A stretch of DNA of 62,972 bases, counting the filler, from Pelomyxa schiedti (Eukaryota > Protista > Evosea), in assembly GCA_020536535.1 (NCBI GenBank). It is 13 parts of 13 records of this genome, joined end to end, with 100 filler letters (N's around TTAATTAATTAA, not from the genome) between each part and the next. Parts side by side here need not be neighbours in the genome. Positions count along the whole stretch, not along the records: positions 1 to 1,340 come from JAHLWZ010002581.1; positions 1,441 to 15,728 come from JAHLWZ010000719.1; 11 more parts are not named here. One strand, given 5' to 3'. The position numbers and the translations under genes are program-made. The notes under the pieces were generated by a model, which was given only the letters and a program-made list of their open reading frames with translations, was not told the DNA's origin and did not search any database. Positions 1-12,271 of the stretch are shown here, in pieces. Position 1 is the first letter of the stretch; each line of letters opens with the position of its first letter.

Positions 1-944
1 GCGACTGCGGGGAATCGTGCAGTGCACCCTGGAGGAGGGTTTGAACGTGGATTGGGCAAGGTGCGAAGGTGGGCCCGGTGCCTGGAGGGCCGTGGAGAGC
101 CGCGCGCGCTTGGGACCTCCCAGCGACCAGTGGAGGTGTCCCATCGATGTGGGGACGGTGGCAGCACGTGCAACGCAGGCGTTTACAGAGGATGCAGCTT
201 CCTCCACCGAGATAGAACGGTCCCACGACGCGCAGGAAGGTCCGGAAGGAAGCCGGAAACGAAGGGGAAGCTGACAGGACGAAGCGACATGGGCGACGGC
301 CGAAACTGGCTGGGAGACGTCCAGACCGACGAGTTCAGCTCGCATCTTGGCCAAACCACCTGCAAACCCTCCCAACACGTGCACAGAACACCCAGCATCT
401 TCTGATCCCACGGCAGCACCCGCGTTTGGCTTCGGGAAGCTCTGAAACGGCGACCAAAAACTTTGGGCATGCGCATCTCTGCAACGAGTGCGCAAACCTC
501 GACCAAACCACAGAGGAAATGTGTCCCCCTGGGTTTCCAGTGAGTGACTTAAAGATGGGCACGCTGTCATCTCTCCAGGCGTAGATGAAGCGTAAAGGAC
601 CCGTTTTGGAATAACGTGGCGGACTATCGGTGCGCATCTCGGTTCGTTCGCGTGGCGTTGATGTGGCGACCGAATGGGCGTGTTCCCCGCACGCGTTTCC
701 ACGCGTTCCCCACCTCAAATAGCAGTTCGGAGCATCCGGACCTTCCGGGCGCATGCCCCTACCGGGTATCGATGTGAGAAGCATAGATCGCAGCGCAGCT
801 CCTCATCGCGCAGTCTGCCAACGGGGGTCAAAAGGAAGCTAGAGCACAGGGAAACGAGTTCTACACGCCTGCACAGTCATTTTCCAGGTGTGAGTGGTAA
901 TTCACCACGATCGGTCCACGAAAAGTGGACTACCGAAAATCGCG

Positions 945-1277
945 ATCGTGACACCCAAAAGTATCCCAATTTTAAATGTTTGGAAAATTCCGGTTTAGGT
1001 TTGACCTTATATCCCTGCATTAGTTATTTTGGCACTTTCTTGGCCTTGCAGCTGGAACCAGTAAAAAGTCGGTTCGCAGAAGGCCGCTAGCAGATGCCAG
1101 GAAGAGACCACCCCCTAGTCTAAATCTTACATGGGGGGGGTATTGCGTTCAGACGTCCTAACGCCTGTTCGCACCTGGCCAAGAAAGTGCCAAAATAATT
1201 AATGCAAGGATATAAGGTCAGCCCCAAGTGGGATATTGGGGCGCTGCATTCGTTGGGTCACTTTTGGGTGTTACGAT
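945..1277. repeat. Nested inverted repeats (MITE/foldback-like)
   Basis: 1002-1045 is the reverse complement of 1177-1220 (44 bp, 2 mismatches). 945-962 is the reverse complement of 1260-1277 (18 bp, 1 mismatch). Confidence 0.85.
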
Positions 1278-1340
1278 GAAAAACGGGTCGTGTATTTTGT
1301 AACTACCGCAGCGCACCCAGAGTTGCAGCTTTCTCCAGAG

Positions 1341-1440
1341 NNNNNNNNNNNNNNNNNNNNNNNNNNNNNNNNNNNNNNNNNNNNTTAATTAATTAANNNN
1401 NNNNNNNNNNNNNNNNNNNNNNNNNNNNNNNNNNNNNNNN
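1341..1440. other. Artificial scaffold spacer (N44-TTAATTAATTAA-N44), first of 12
   Basis: The same six-frame-stop linker occurs at 1341, 15729, 16837, 18738, 26005, 29183, 31699, 43432, 48162, 51069, 56803 and 60274. Plain 100-N gaps occur at 7562, 33693, 44189 and 52249. Confidence 0.98.
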
Positions 1441-1443
1441 AGC

Positions 1444-2080
1444 GTGATACGCCGCGAACTAAGTTCTATTGTTGTGACACGAGGCAAACACATCCTGGAT
1501 TTGCCAATTGCCGTTTTGTGTCGGATCGTTTGGTACTTACCACACAAAACAGTTCTTTCTACTCGAGTCGTATGCTTTCAGCTTTGGGATGCAGTTCGCA
1601 CAGGTGACATTGATATCTTTAACAATAGAATAGCTAACCTTTTTTATCAGTTTATGGATGTGAAAACATCACTTTTTCGGCAACGGCGTCAAATACGGGG
1701 TCCTTGGATTGGCCAGTGGCACAATGCGATACCATTGTTACACCACGCATGAATTTAAAGCTTATGGTACGCAGAGTACAGTCCGGGTACACTTCTCAAT
1801 TAGTAGAAAGAAGCTATATTCTCACTCAATGGATATTGCACTTGTGCTCGTCTTCGACAACTCAAACCAGCCAAAAACGCTATCTTTGCGCCTGTCCGAT
1901 TGGGAACTTTCACTTACAGCTCGTAACAAATCATCCCGAGGCCGCCTACTTCGCATTGGACCAAACTCCCCCATGCCAATCAAAGTGGTGCACGTGACAG
2001 CAACACTGAAGGATGCTTACACCCCCTACAATGCACCAACCCGCTTACACCACCCTCCAACCTCGTGGCACCATGACTGA
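1444..2080 (+). CDS. F-box-domain protein, 5'-partial, apparently frameshifted near 1710-1750
   Basis: ILDLPIAVLCRIVWYLPHKTVLSTRVVCFQLWDAV fits the F-box pattern. Coding continues in the overlapping ORF 1709-2080 (beta-rich). Confidence 0.55.
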
Positions 2081-2401
2081 GTGAGCTACGTTCAAAAATC
2101 AAGGAAGCCGAAAATCCAAAAAAAAAAAAAAATCAGAGCATGGGATCCAATCGGTAGTTTTGCACTTCGGCAACACAATGGGCCATGTTTTTTGTCCGAC
2201 CACAAGCAGCCCAACTCGGGGAGGCTGCACTGACCCATAGATTTCTACAAGATCGAAGTATTAGTCATTTTTTCGTCCCCCTTTTTCGTCCCCCTTTGCT
2301 CGTCAAGCCGCCGATACAAGCAGACACCGGTTGATGTCGGAGCAACATAAACAGAACCCGCTGTCGGGGATGCGTCTGCGTGATCCAATAGTACACCCTC
2401 A

Positions 2402-3313
2402 GTGGCAACTTGTCCCGGGTCAACGACACCGCTTGATACCCATTGGGCCATCCGAGTTGCGGTCTCTGCTGCTGCCACCAAGCCAGAACCCCCTCGGCCC
2501 CGCACCCCCCGCAACAGCCACCACGACAGCAACGGCCTCTTCGTCTCCAGTCGTATCTCCTGTGGCACAAAAAACAACAACAGCAGCAGCAGCAGCAGCG
2601 GAGCCAATCAACCACCAATCACACAAAAGAAGCGGCAACCATCCAACAATCTCCCCAACATCTCTGCACCTCCGCTGGAGCCACTGCAACAGCTTCACAG
2701 GTCCCTAGTTCCCCCCCTTCCAACAACAACAACGTCTCCACGTGCTGCTGTTTCGGAGTTGATGCCAGCAACCAGTAGTACCACGGCAGCTACAGAGACC
2801 CCCTCATCTGGTGAAACAGCGTCATCATTGTGGCGAATCAGAGCCGAAGAAAATGTTTGTGTGAATCCATCCAATGCAAAGAGGCGGAGGGTTGTGCATT
2901 CTGAGAATGTTGGTTCCCTTTCCATCTCCATCAGTCTCCCGCCTGGCAGCGGCACATTGAAAACCACTGCGACATCTGTGGCCGACCTCGGGCCTGGTAC
3001 CACATCCTCTTCTGAACACTCTCTTCCACCGCCTGTGCAACTTGGACTTCCTGCCTCGTCTGCAACACAGAATGTTTTCTCCTGGCAACAGCAAGAATCA
3101 GGCACTGCCATAAATGTGGAATTGAATGGGCCACTTTCCCTGCAGATACCACCTCTGCTGCACAGACCCCCACTCTCATGGAAAGCAACAGGCCACATCC
3201 AACACCACCCACAACACATGCTTCTTCTTATGCCACTCACTCTTCTGGTGCCAATACAACAGAGAGGATTGACAGTTGAAGCTGCACCCGGACTGGTTGT
3301 GAATCCACTTTGA
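2402..3313 (+). CDS. Low-complexity S/T/P/Q-rich hypothetical protein (exon structure uncertain)
   Basis: Long ORF with CAG/CAA repeats and a KRRR basic motif; no domain recognised. Confidence 0.3.
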   Translation: MATCPGSTTPLDTHWAIRVAVSAAATKPEPPRPRTPRNSHHDSNGLFVSSRISCGTKNNNSSSSSSGANQPPITQKKRQPSNNLPNISAPPLEPLQQLHRSLVPPLPTTTTSPRAAVSELMPATSSTTAATETPSSGETASSLWRIRAEENVCVNPSNAKRRRVVHSENVGSLSISISLPPGSGTLKTTATSVADLGPGTTSSSEHSLPPPVQLGLPASSATQNVFSWQQQESGTAINVELNGPLSLQIPPLLHRPPLSWKATGHIQHHPQHMLLLMPLTLLVPIQQRGLTVEAAPGLVVNPL

Positions 3314-4233
3314 AATGAGGTACCCAAATGAAATCAAGCCGGCAAGAAAACATCGTACCTCAACTCCACTAGCTTCAGCCCCAGAACGAAAACACTGAAC
3401 TAAATGAAACTGCTGAGGAAGACATCAATCACCAGTGCACATGCATCAAGCGTGGTCAGGGTCACAGTGATTCCTAGTGTAGTGTACCGACACTCGTGAT
3501 GTTTTTACTGGTAAGCCAGCTGTGGCAGTGTGATGGCCCTGCGCCACGCCGATGCACCAACTTGTGGGAATCAGAACTTGGGTTTTTCTCTGGTGACCAC
3601 TCCTGCATTTACATCACAATCATGATTGGGAAAGACGAGTGCACTGAGACCTCAGAACATGGATTGACACCTGAATTGAGTCCTGTCACATCACCCCAGA
3701 CCTTAAAGAAATCAAGTCCATTTATACCTTTCCCGTACGCCGTTTCATTTGGTAAAAATAAAATGAGGGACGCGATCTTGCCCAGAGATGATATGGAAAC
3801 CAACGCCAGCAACGAGGACACGGACCCCCTGTGTCCGTGGTCACAGGTTCCCCGCCTTCCTTCTTGGCGATCTCCAGAGTTTCAGCGTTACCTCGAAGAG
3901 TACTGGACTCCACCCCCTACGCGTCCCAAGAAGAAGAGTACCGCACCACATGCCAATCAAACGCAAGACCGTATGCCGAATGGCACAATTAATTTATAAT
4001 AATGCAATCGCGCACAATTCGGCTCACCGTGTTGGCCAAACGCAGATAACGCGGGAATTCCGGCACTCGCTGATTGGCGCCGAGTCAGTCTCCAGGCTCT
4101 CCTTGGTCAAATTGTGGTGAGCGATGCCGGGCGTTGTTGTTGCCTCTGGGGCTGTTCGTTGACGGTGGGTAAACCCCTCCTCCCGCATTCCTATGTGCTA
4201 ACCAACAACGCAACACCGTATCAGACGAGAATT

Positions 4234-6053
4234 ATGAAGCACATTTGCGGCACCACCGAATTGCAGCTTGTCACTGTGGATTTCGAAGATGAAGCAGCTT
4301 TCCCTGCACTGGGAAGTGTGTGCGCGATCCTGGGCAATGACAGGCTCACTGTTGGTGAAGTGGTGTCGAGACTGAAGGCGCCGCTATGCGCCATTGGTAC
4401 GAGGGTAATTCAAGAAGCAGAATCCAAAGCCAAACTCATAGACAAGGTTTACTTTACTAGCTCCCTTTATATGTCCTCCTTTAACACTTTGGCAGTCTCA
4501 CAGTCTTGTGGTTATCTTCGAACATACGGAGGTACTTTGGACCCCGTTCGTTGTTAACTGCACGGAACGAATGCTACAAAGTGGGACGCTGCAAACCTTT
4601 TGCCCACCATGCTTATATCAGTCTTTCGTCTTCCCCTTGCTGTTCTTGACCCTGAGAGAACTTTCTGTTCATAAACCTCATCTCCGCCTTGTATTTTCAT
4701 CTGGGGCTCCACTCTTCACCACAGTAGTAAGATATGTGCAGGTAGTGCTGCCCAATCTGCCTATGCCCGTGGTTTCTCCCCTAGAGCTGTTGTGCCCTGT
4801 AACAGTACAGGAAATCCGAACTGTGATTCAAAGTTGGGACCCGCCATCAGATGCCATGGCCGTCTTCGTTGAACAGTGCTTAGAAGGTCCCATCAGTCAG
4901 CTATGCACTTTCGAACCTGCGACTGAAATCGACACTGCAGTACATCTTGTCATTGACCGAGCACTTCAGCGCGGCCGAGAACTCGAATGCAATCTTCAGA
5001 ACATGGCACAGAGAGAAGTTTGGGGTAATGGCATCCTTGGCAAAAGTATTGCCGCACAACAACTGGCACTCCTGCATCTTCTTCCAGAAGCTTTTGGCGC
5101 TGCACAACCTGAGCGTCAGCTTATAGGTTCTGCAACGCTTGGGTTTACACCGAATTGCCGGATTCTTACTCGCCCCATTCCCGATTACTGGGACCTCTTT
5201 TCCATCTCTGGGCTGGTGCAGTTTAGTAGGCAGACAGTGCAAGGACTAGGGGCCTCTTACTCTGAGAACTGCACCAAGTCGTTGATCCCCATTAATTATG
5301 GTTTGATGTGGATGCTGGACTGGACACAATGTGGAGTTGTTTTTGGTAGTCTTCCAGAGGAATGGCTAACATGGACCAGGAGAGCCTTCGTCGATGCCAT
5401 CCGGTATGGCAACTACTCGACCCCACATTCCTTTCTAACCATTGCCCTGAAGGTGTTTCTGGCGCACGCCAGGCAGGCTAATGTGCAAGGTCCTTGCTGT
5501 GGCACTGTCTCTACGGGCTTCCCCGGTCTTTCCGGGTCTCATTCCTGTCCGAAAGTTTCAGTACGTAAAACTACATAACGAATCACTCCACACTTGTGTA
5601 ACTTTCCAATTCAGTGAAGTGGACGACCTTCCCAGTGTGGATTCCCTGGAAACAGATGCTCTTTATTTCTTAACCAGAAAGGGGAGCCGGACTACAGACT
5701 TTATTACATCCACCCAAGTAGATGGAAAGACAACCCGCCAAGTAAAGTGGTGCACGACAAGGAAGAAAGATCCCCAGGAGAAGTATTTGAGGTTTAAGTC
5801 CTCCCTAGAAAATGCAATCGGAGTCTTTGTCCACCTACATCCACTGGTGAAAGGTGATGTAGCGGACATGTGTGTCACTAGGAACTGCTACACCTTCCAG
5901 TTTGGTGATCTCTATTTTCCCAGCTTGGAGCTATTCTGCCATCCCATTGCAGGATCGGAGATCAACTGCATTCCCCCAGTTTTCCAGTATGTTCAGGAGT
6001 ACTGCTCTTTGCACGCGACAGCAGGTGCCAAGGCCTCCAAGTTCAGTACGTGA
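4234..6053 (+). CDS. Spliced ~577-aa hypothetical protein; possible degenerate NTPase + C-terminal restriction-endonuclease-like domain
   Basis: Three ORFs join in frame through GT-AG introns 4447-4495 and 5453-5489 (GCTAAT branch point). Contains a hydrophobic strand LVVIFEHTE and a C-terminal TDFITSTQVDGKTTRQVK (D..QxK). Confidence 0.6.
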
Positions 6054-7561
6054 CTCTGCCTTGGATCTCTATTAACCTCATAGCAGATGTTGACGTTAAC
6101 TACAAGAAAAGAGACCAAGAAAGCAAACTTGGAACTCTTCCTGTCCCACGGCACCTTACTCTTCTTCAGCTCTGCCACAAGTCTCTTTTGGTTGGCCTTC
6201 CCTTTTTGTGTGGGTTTTAACTGCCCACAGAAATTTGGGCACACACCAGAGATAAGTACCAGTGAAGCAGTAGCTTTCAGCCTTCTTACTCCTGGGTAAA
6301 TAGTCCCTTTCTTCAAACCTCACAAACCAACAAAAAGCAAAAGGGATGCAACCAACCCTGAAAGAAACCAGCCGCGCTTATTTGAGTATGCAGACTACCA
6401 CAAGTTGGCAGCAGGAATGCTGTCTGGCTCGAGGGGGTTGGCATTGTCTTGTGTTCCACTGGCGGAGGTGGCCACACTCCCGTGCTTCAAGAGGTGCAAT
6501 CCAAACGACCCAAATAATTCTTGGCCTACAAGGAAGCATGAACTGGAAGTGGCTGACAAAGTATCGCCTTGGCTCACAGCTGAATTTGTTTGGAATTTGT
6601 GAACAAAAAAGAAAATAGCAGGTTTTTTTGCCTAATTGAGAGGAATTTATTATCTGTGGTGGCGGTTCTTGTTGGGAAGGGTTTGTTGAGTGATAATCAA
6701 TTCCAATAAGCAACATCAGAACCCAAAGTATCAAACACTCTTTGGTGTTGACTCTTTCCCTGGTGTGGCCTGGCTTGGGTGAGGGTCTGTACGTGGAATT
6801 TTCTGGGGTGGCTGGTAACCAGCGGATGATGGCACTGCTTGAACATGTTGTTGTACTAGGTTTGGAGTTAGTGTTGAAGTGCTTTATTTGGATAATGACC
6901 GGTAGTGGAGCCGTGATGCACTTCTTCTGAACGCAAGACGAGCTGCGGGAAAAACAGGTTTCTTGTGCGGCTTTCAACAATCGCTGGAAGTACGAGCTCT
7001 ACTGTGCTTCCTGAGTCCTAAAGACAGAAATCATTAATTGTTTTGGAGGGTGTGTGGCACTTACAGAGGAGACACAGTTAAACTCATACTCCAGAGGGGG
7101 ATCCCACAAGACCATGACTTTGCTCTCTTTATATATCTGAATGCAGAATGCTTCCATCTCCTTTGAGAGCTTTTGGGCCTTTTTGAATGAGTGAGGAATG
7201 GCGATGGTACAATGCAAACCTGAGCAATTTCAGATATAATTTGTTGGCCAAATTCATCATTTGTATAGAGAGTGGCTTTGTGCCTTTGCAACCATGCCGC
7301 AAAGTCCCGTTCTGGAGAAAAAAATAAAACCTTCACCCTCTGCCACTGCATTCTGCGCGCGAGTTTGTCGAAAATCGACATAGTCACCTCTTCCAGGTAT
7401 GATCGACACCGCTGGTGCGGAACAGTTTTCTCCAGGTGTGCCCACAGCAACAGAACGTTCTTAACCAAATTTGAGTGTGTACATCGCCAAATGATGCAAA
7501 CTACTATTTACGTGGGGGAAAACCTACAGCATTCCTGTATCTCGCAATCATGGCACGAAAA
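6017..7561. repeat. Segmental duplication, copy 1 (pairs with 8475-9864)
   Basis: Colinear near-identity with 8475-9864. Copy 2 lacks about 6722-6860 and has small indels. Confidence 0.95.
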
Positions 7562-8474
7562 NNNNNNNNNNNNNNNNNNNNNNNNNNNNNNNNNNNNNNN
7601 NNNNNNNNNNNNNNNNNNNNNNNNNNNNNNNNNNNNNNNNNNNNNNNNNNNNNNNNNNNNNTGGGGGCTGTCATTGACTGTAACCAGCAGACTCTCAACT
7701 TGCCAGGATTGCCGCCTATCAAGTGTAGCATGCACTCAGGAGGAATGCATGTAGCAAGAGTGGTTGCAGAAACGGTGAGGATGGCTCCAAAGTGTTACAC
7801 GTGCCTCAATGTAAGAGTTGATGGTGTCCAACCTGGAACCCAAGTGTTAGTGGAGCCAAGCAAGCTCTCCTGTGGGGGCCGCAACCGTAACACAAGGAAC
7901 AACAACAACAACAACAACAACAACCAGTGTGTGCTGAATAGACAAAGAAAAACTGCAGTGCACACACCTTCCACGTAAAACCAACCAACCAACCAACAAC
8001 AAGTCAGAGTGTGTCCTTTATGTCTATTACAACGCACTTTCTGCTGACAAGCTGGCTACTTCTACCAAAACTGCCCTCCCTCCTTGTGAGGAGGTCAGCC
8101 AGTTGCGAGTACCTCTCACATCAGATTGATACCACTGTGTGGATGTACACTAAATATGTCGTACCACTTATCAACTCCTTGGTTCTTTATGTTGGAATGC
8201 AGGTCTCTTCCCTTCTGTTGTTACTGTCATTAAATCTTCCGTCAGGCCATTTCCAATCTGCATAACAAAAACGGGCAGTCATCCAATATCTCACAGACAG
8301 CACCAATGGGGATTTTCCAATTTTAATCATCATGTACCTGGACAACAAAGGTTCACACAATTAATCACCTATCAAGGACCAACTAAGATCTGACTGTAAT
8401 AGGAAGATTCTTGTTCTTAAACGCGATTGCTAATCATCTGCGGTATCCCAACACCCACACCAATTATTCCATGA

Positions 8475-9864
8475 GACAGCAAGTGCCAAGGCCTCCAAGT
8501 TCAGTACGTGACTCTGCCTTGGATCTCTATTAATCTCATAGCAGATTTTGATGTAACCACAAGAAAAGATACCAAGAAAGCAAACTTGGAACTCTTCTGG
8601 TCCCACGGCACCTTACTCTTCTTCAGCTCTGCCACAAGTCCCTTTTGGTTGGCCTTCCCCTTTTTGTGGGTTTTAACTGGCCACAGAAATTTGGCCACAC
8701 CAGTGAAGCAGTAGCTTTCAGCCTTCTGACTCCTGGGGAAATAGTCCCTTTCTTCAAACCTCACAAACCAACAAAAAGCAAAAGGGATGCAACCAACCCT
8801 GAAAGAAACCAGCCGCGCTTATTTGAGTATGCAGACTACACAAGTTGGCAGCAGGAATGCTGTCTGGCTCGAGGGGGTTGGCATTGTCTTGTGTTCCACT
8901 GGCGGAGGTGGCCACACTCCCGTGCTGCTTCAAGAGGTGCAATCCAAACAACCCAAATAATTCTTGGCCTACAAGGAAGCATGAACTGGAAGTGGCTGAC
9001 AAAGTATCGCCTTGGCTCCAGCAGAATTTGTTTGGAATTTGTGAACAAAAAAGAAAATAGCAGGTTTTTCTGCCTAATTGAGAGGAATTTATTATCTGTG
9101 GTGGCGGTTCTTGTTGGGAAGGGTTTGTTGAGTGATAATCAATTCCAATAAGCAACATCAGAAAATTTGGAGTTAGTGTTGAAGTGCTTTATTTGGATAA
9201 TGACCCATAGTGGAGCCGTGATGCACTTCTTCTGAACGCAAGACGAGCTGCGGGAAAAACAGGTTTCTTGTGCGGCTTTCAACAATCGCTGGAAGTACGA
9301 GCTCTACTGCGCTTCCTGAGTCCTAAAGACAGAAATCATTAATTGTTTTGGAGGGTGTGTGGCACTTACAGTGGAGATACAGTGAAAATCATACTCCATA
9401 GGGGGATCCCACAATACCATGACTTTGCTCTCTTTATATATCTGAATGCAGAATGCTTCCATCTCCTTTGAGAGCTTTTGGCCCTTTTTGAATGAGTGAG
9501 GAATGGCGATGGTACAATGCAAACCTGAGCAATTTCAGATATAATTTGTTGGCCAAATTCATCATTTGTATAGAGAGTGGCTTTGTGCCTTTTCAACCAT
9601 GCCGCAAAGTCCCGTTCTGGAGAAATAAATACATCATTCACCCTCTGCCACCGCATTCTACGCGCGTTTGTCGAAAATCGATATAGTCACCTCTTCCAGG
9701 TATGATCGACACCGCTGGTGCGGAACAGTTTTCTCCAGGTGTCCCCACAGCAACAGAACGTTCTTAACCAAATTTGAGTGTGTACATCGCCAAATGATGC
9801 AAACTACTATTTACGTGGGGGAAAACCTACAGCATTCCTGTATCTCGCAATCATGGCACGAAAA
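8475..9864. repeat. Segmental duplication, copy 2
   Basis: Matches 6017-7561 from GACAGC.GTGCCAAGGCCTCC to TCATGGCACGAAAA. Confidence 0.95.
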
Positions 9865-10244
9865 TCAGCAGCGCTTGGGAACTCATCAGCCGCCCTGTCC
9901 CCTTGTTGCTGTGGCTGATTCCGCTGCTTCTGTTCCTGCTGTTGACTCGTCGAGGCCTTGTGCTCATCCACCACCAACTCGTTGTGCCTGCTGCCCAGGG
10001 CACCGAGCTCTCCCAGGATTGCCTGCATTCTTTCCAGAGATGACTTCATTCGAGCAGAATCCAGCTCCCTCATCGCGCACAGCCTGCACTTTCCAACGCC
10101 GCCCGTGTCCTGTGCTGCTGCTTCTTTAACTTGTTCTGCACGAAGAAGTCTCCGCAGACCCTCCACCTCGGCCTCCAACGCTGCCACGTGCTCACCCCAC
10201 GCGTTATTTCCTGTGTTGCTACTGCTACTGCTACTACTTGCCAT
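8501..10244 (-). pseudogene. Multi-exon hypothetical gene with N-terminal coiled coil; this copy carries indels
   Basis: ATG at 10244 (MASSSS..HVAALEAEVEGLRRLL). Downstream exons are shared with the duplicate at 6017-7561, with frameshifting differences near 9660. Confidence 0.4.
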
Positions 10245-10385
10245 CGGCCGGTGTTGTTGTTGTTGTTGTTAACAAGGACAACTTGTTGTTTACTGAGGAG
10301 TCATCCATCGTCAGGTAAGGCACCCTGTGGGGAGTTTTTATAGAAAAGAAAGAAAATTCGGTCAATCTTCTTTTTTTACAACTCG

Positions 10386-12041
10386 TCAATCGGCACCAAG
10401 AAACAGTCGGTTGAGGAACCTCGTGTTTGTGCCATGGTCCTTGTTGGCCCAGTCCCACGCAAACACCATTCTCGAATCCTTGTTTATAATCATGCTGCCC
10501 ACCTTGATGATCGCAATCGTGGTGTTTGGAACCAGCTTCACGCTTATAACCGGCCCGGAACTCTCGTCAGACTGCCACTTTGAAAGCAATCTCCACCTGC
10601 TTCCAATTCCACATCCAGGTTCCGGAGTTCCGCTCATCTGGAGCACAAATACTTCGTACATTGCAGACAGCGCAAAGAACTGGCCCCACGTTGACGAGTA
10701 GAGGTGGTTGAACATTTTGGCCCTGGTCAGCATCCACAGGTTGACGTCGGGAATCAAAGTGGACTCTTTATCACCGAAGCTCACGGTGGAGCACTCACCC
10801 GTCAGGTGAGTGAAAATCGCTCTGGGTCCATTGATGCAAACTGTCTCTGGAAAAGCATAGTATGCGTTGCGCTGCATTTGCACGGTGGATAAAACTTCCA
10901 GTGTGGGAAGCGCAAGGAAGAAAAGGAGCTCCTGACCGTAGCACAGGGAGAGCACAACAGTGTTGTTGGAACCTCTGTACCAGCTCACAGATAGGAATCC
11001 GGATCCGTTCCATCCTTGGATCAAGTGATTTTCTTGGCACTCAAATTTGGTTGGTGCCCCAGGTTCCTCCACAACCTGGATTCTTACGATGTGCAGCAGA
11101 GTATTGGTATAAGAGTGGGCGATTGCAATCAGACAACTTATATCTGGAATCCACAGCATGTTCTCGGTGTCGATGGACTCCCCCATAATCCGTACCTGTG
11201 CAACTCTGTTCCAGGTATTACCGTCACTATCCACAACAGAACTCTCACCCAATTCGGTCTCAGTCGCAGGATCCCCGTAATTGGCCTCTTCCAGAGGCTT
11301 GACCCCCTCCCCGTGCCGTGCCACAACATCGCGGCCCTCCCACATTTCCAAATACATTCTACCACCGTGCGAACCAGAAAGCACCCCAATCCTCAGTACT
11401 CCCGCAATCACACTTTTCCCTGATTCACTCTGCCCAGTTGTCCCCGATGCCACCACCACTGATGCCGCTCCCGTACCTTTTTCCGCTTCCGTCGCCGTGG
11501 TCGTACCAGCCGATGCCTCTGCAGTGGAGCCAGAACCAGAACTATTCCCAGAACCAGGCAGCACCACCGCCGCCGCCGCAGCAGCGGTAGTAGAAGAATT
11601 ATCAGGAGTGACAGGGCAGCAGCAAGGGGAGGCGCCCGCAGGGAGGCACAGGACGGTGCGGGAGAAGGGGCACAGGGCGGGGCAGTAGCGCCGCTGCAGG
11701 CCCGGGATGGCCCCGCTGCACCTCGCGCCCCGCACGACGTCCACCACCGCGGTGTAGCGCACCGGCTGGGGCTGGCTCCACGACTGCCCCCGCTCCGTCG
11801 ACTCGGCCAGCAGCCGCCCGCCCCCGTCGTTGCCCGCCCTCGCCCGGCTGATCGCCTGGTCGGCCTCCGCGTCGTCGTCGCGGTGCGCGGCGGACACGTC
11901 GGCAGCAGCAGCCGGGGTCGACACAGGTGGCGGCGCGGACGGAGCCGGCGTGGTTGCCGGAGTTGGCGTGGCTGCCGTTGGGGTTGAGGGTGAGGAGGAC
12001 GAAGGCGGTGCCGTAGTTGCGGTGGACTCGGTTGAACCCAT
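10386..12041 (-). CDS. Intronless 551-aa hypothetical protein; low-complexity N-terminus, beta-propeller-like C-terminal half
   Basis: Single long ORF with a GC-rich 5' end; C-terminal half is made of short alternating beta-strand-like segments. Confidence 0.75.
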   Translation of the reverse strand: MGSTESTATTAPPSSSSPSTPTAATPTPATTPAPSAPPPVSTPAAAADVSAAHRDDDAEADQAISRARAGNDGGGRLLAESTERGQSWSQPQPVRYTAVVDVVRGARCSGAIPGLQRRYCPALCPFSRTVLCLPAGASPCCCPVTPDNSSTTAAAAAAVVLPGSGNSSGSGSTAEASAGTTTATEAEKGTGAASVVVASGTTGQSESGKSVIAGVLRIGVLSGSHGGRMYLEMWEGRDVVARHGEGVKPLEEANYGDPATETELGESSVVDSDGNTWNRVAQVRIMGESIDTENMLWIPDISCLIAIAHSYTNTLLHIVRIQVVEEPGAPTKFECQENHLIQGWNGSGFLSVSWYRGSNNTVVLSLCYGQELLFFLALPTLEVLSTVQMQRNAYYAFPETVCINGPRAIFTHLTGECSTVSFGDKESTLIPDVNLWMLTRAKMFNHLYSSTWGQFFALSAMYEVFVLQMSGTPEPGCGIGSRWRLLSKWQSDESSGPVISVKLVPNTTIAIIKVGSMIINKDSRMVFAWDWANKDHGTNTRFLNRLFLGAD

Positions 12042-12271
12042 CGCCTTTGCAAAAAGAAAAGGCTGACTTTTTTTTTCCGGTTGGTTATTTCTGCGAAGTG
12101 ATTGACGATGGCCACAACTTATTCAAGAAGAACTGTTTCAAAACTTATTTTTGTTCAGTTCCGGGCTTTTTCATTTGTGGGTTGGTGCCTCTGGAGCTGA
12201 GCAGAAGTGTACCAGCATCAGGCACAAGGGCACGTGACTCGGTTGGACATCACGGAAGGCACTAGTGCTGC

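Noticed and set aside
1-930. Overlapping ORFs on both strands of the first scaffold
   Set aside because: GC-rich sequence with no recognisable domain; a coding frame cannot be chosen.
1385-1396. Recurrent TTAATTAATTAA motif as a biological repeat
   Set aside because: Always embedded in N runs; it is an artificial six-frame-stop contig linker.
8280-8460. Small-GTPase remnant on the minus strand (WDTA)
   Set aside because: Only a 4-residue motif among stops; insufficient support.
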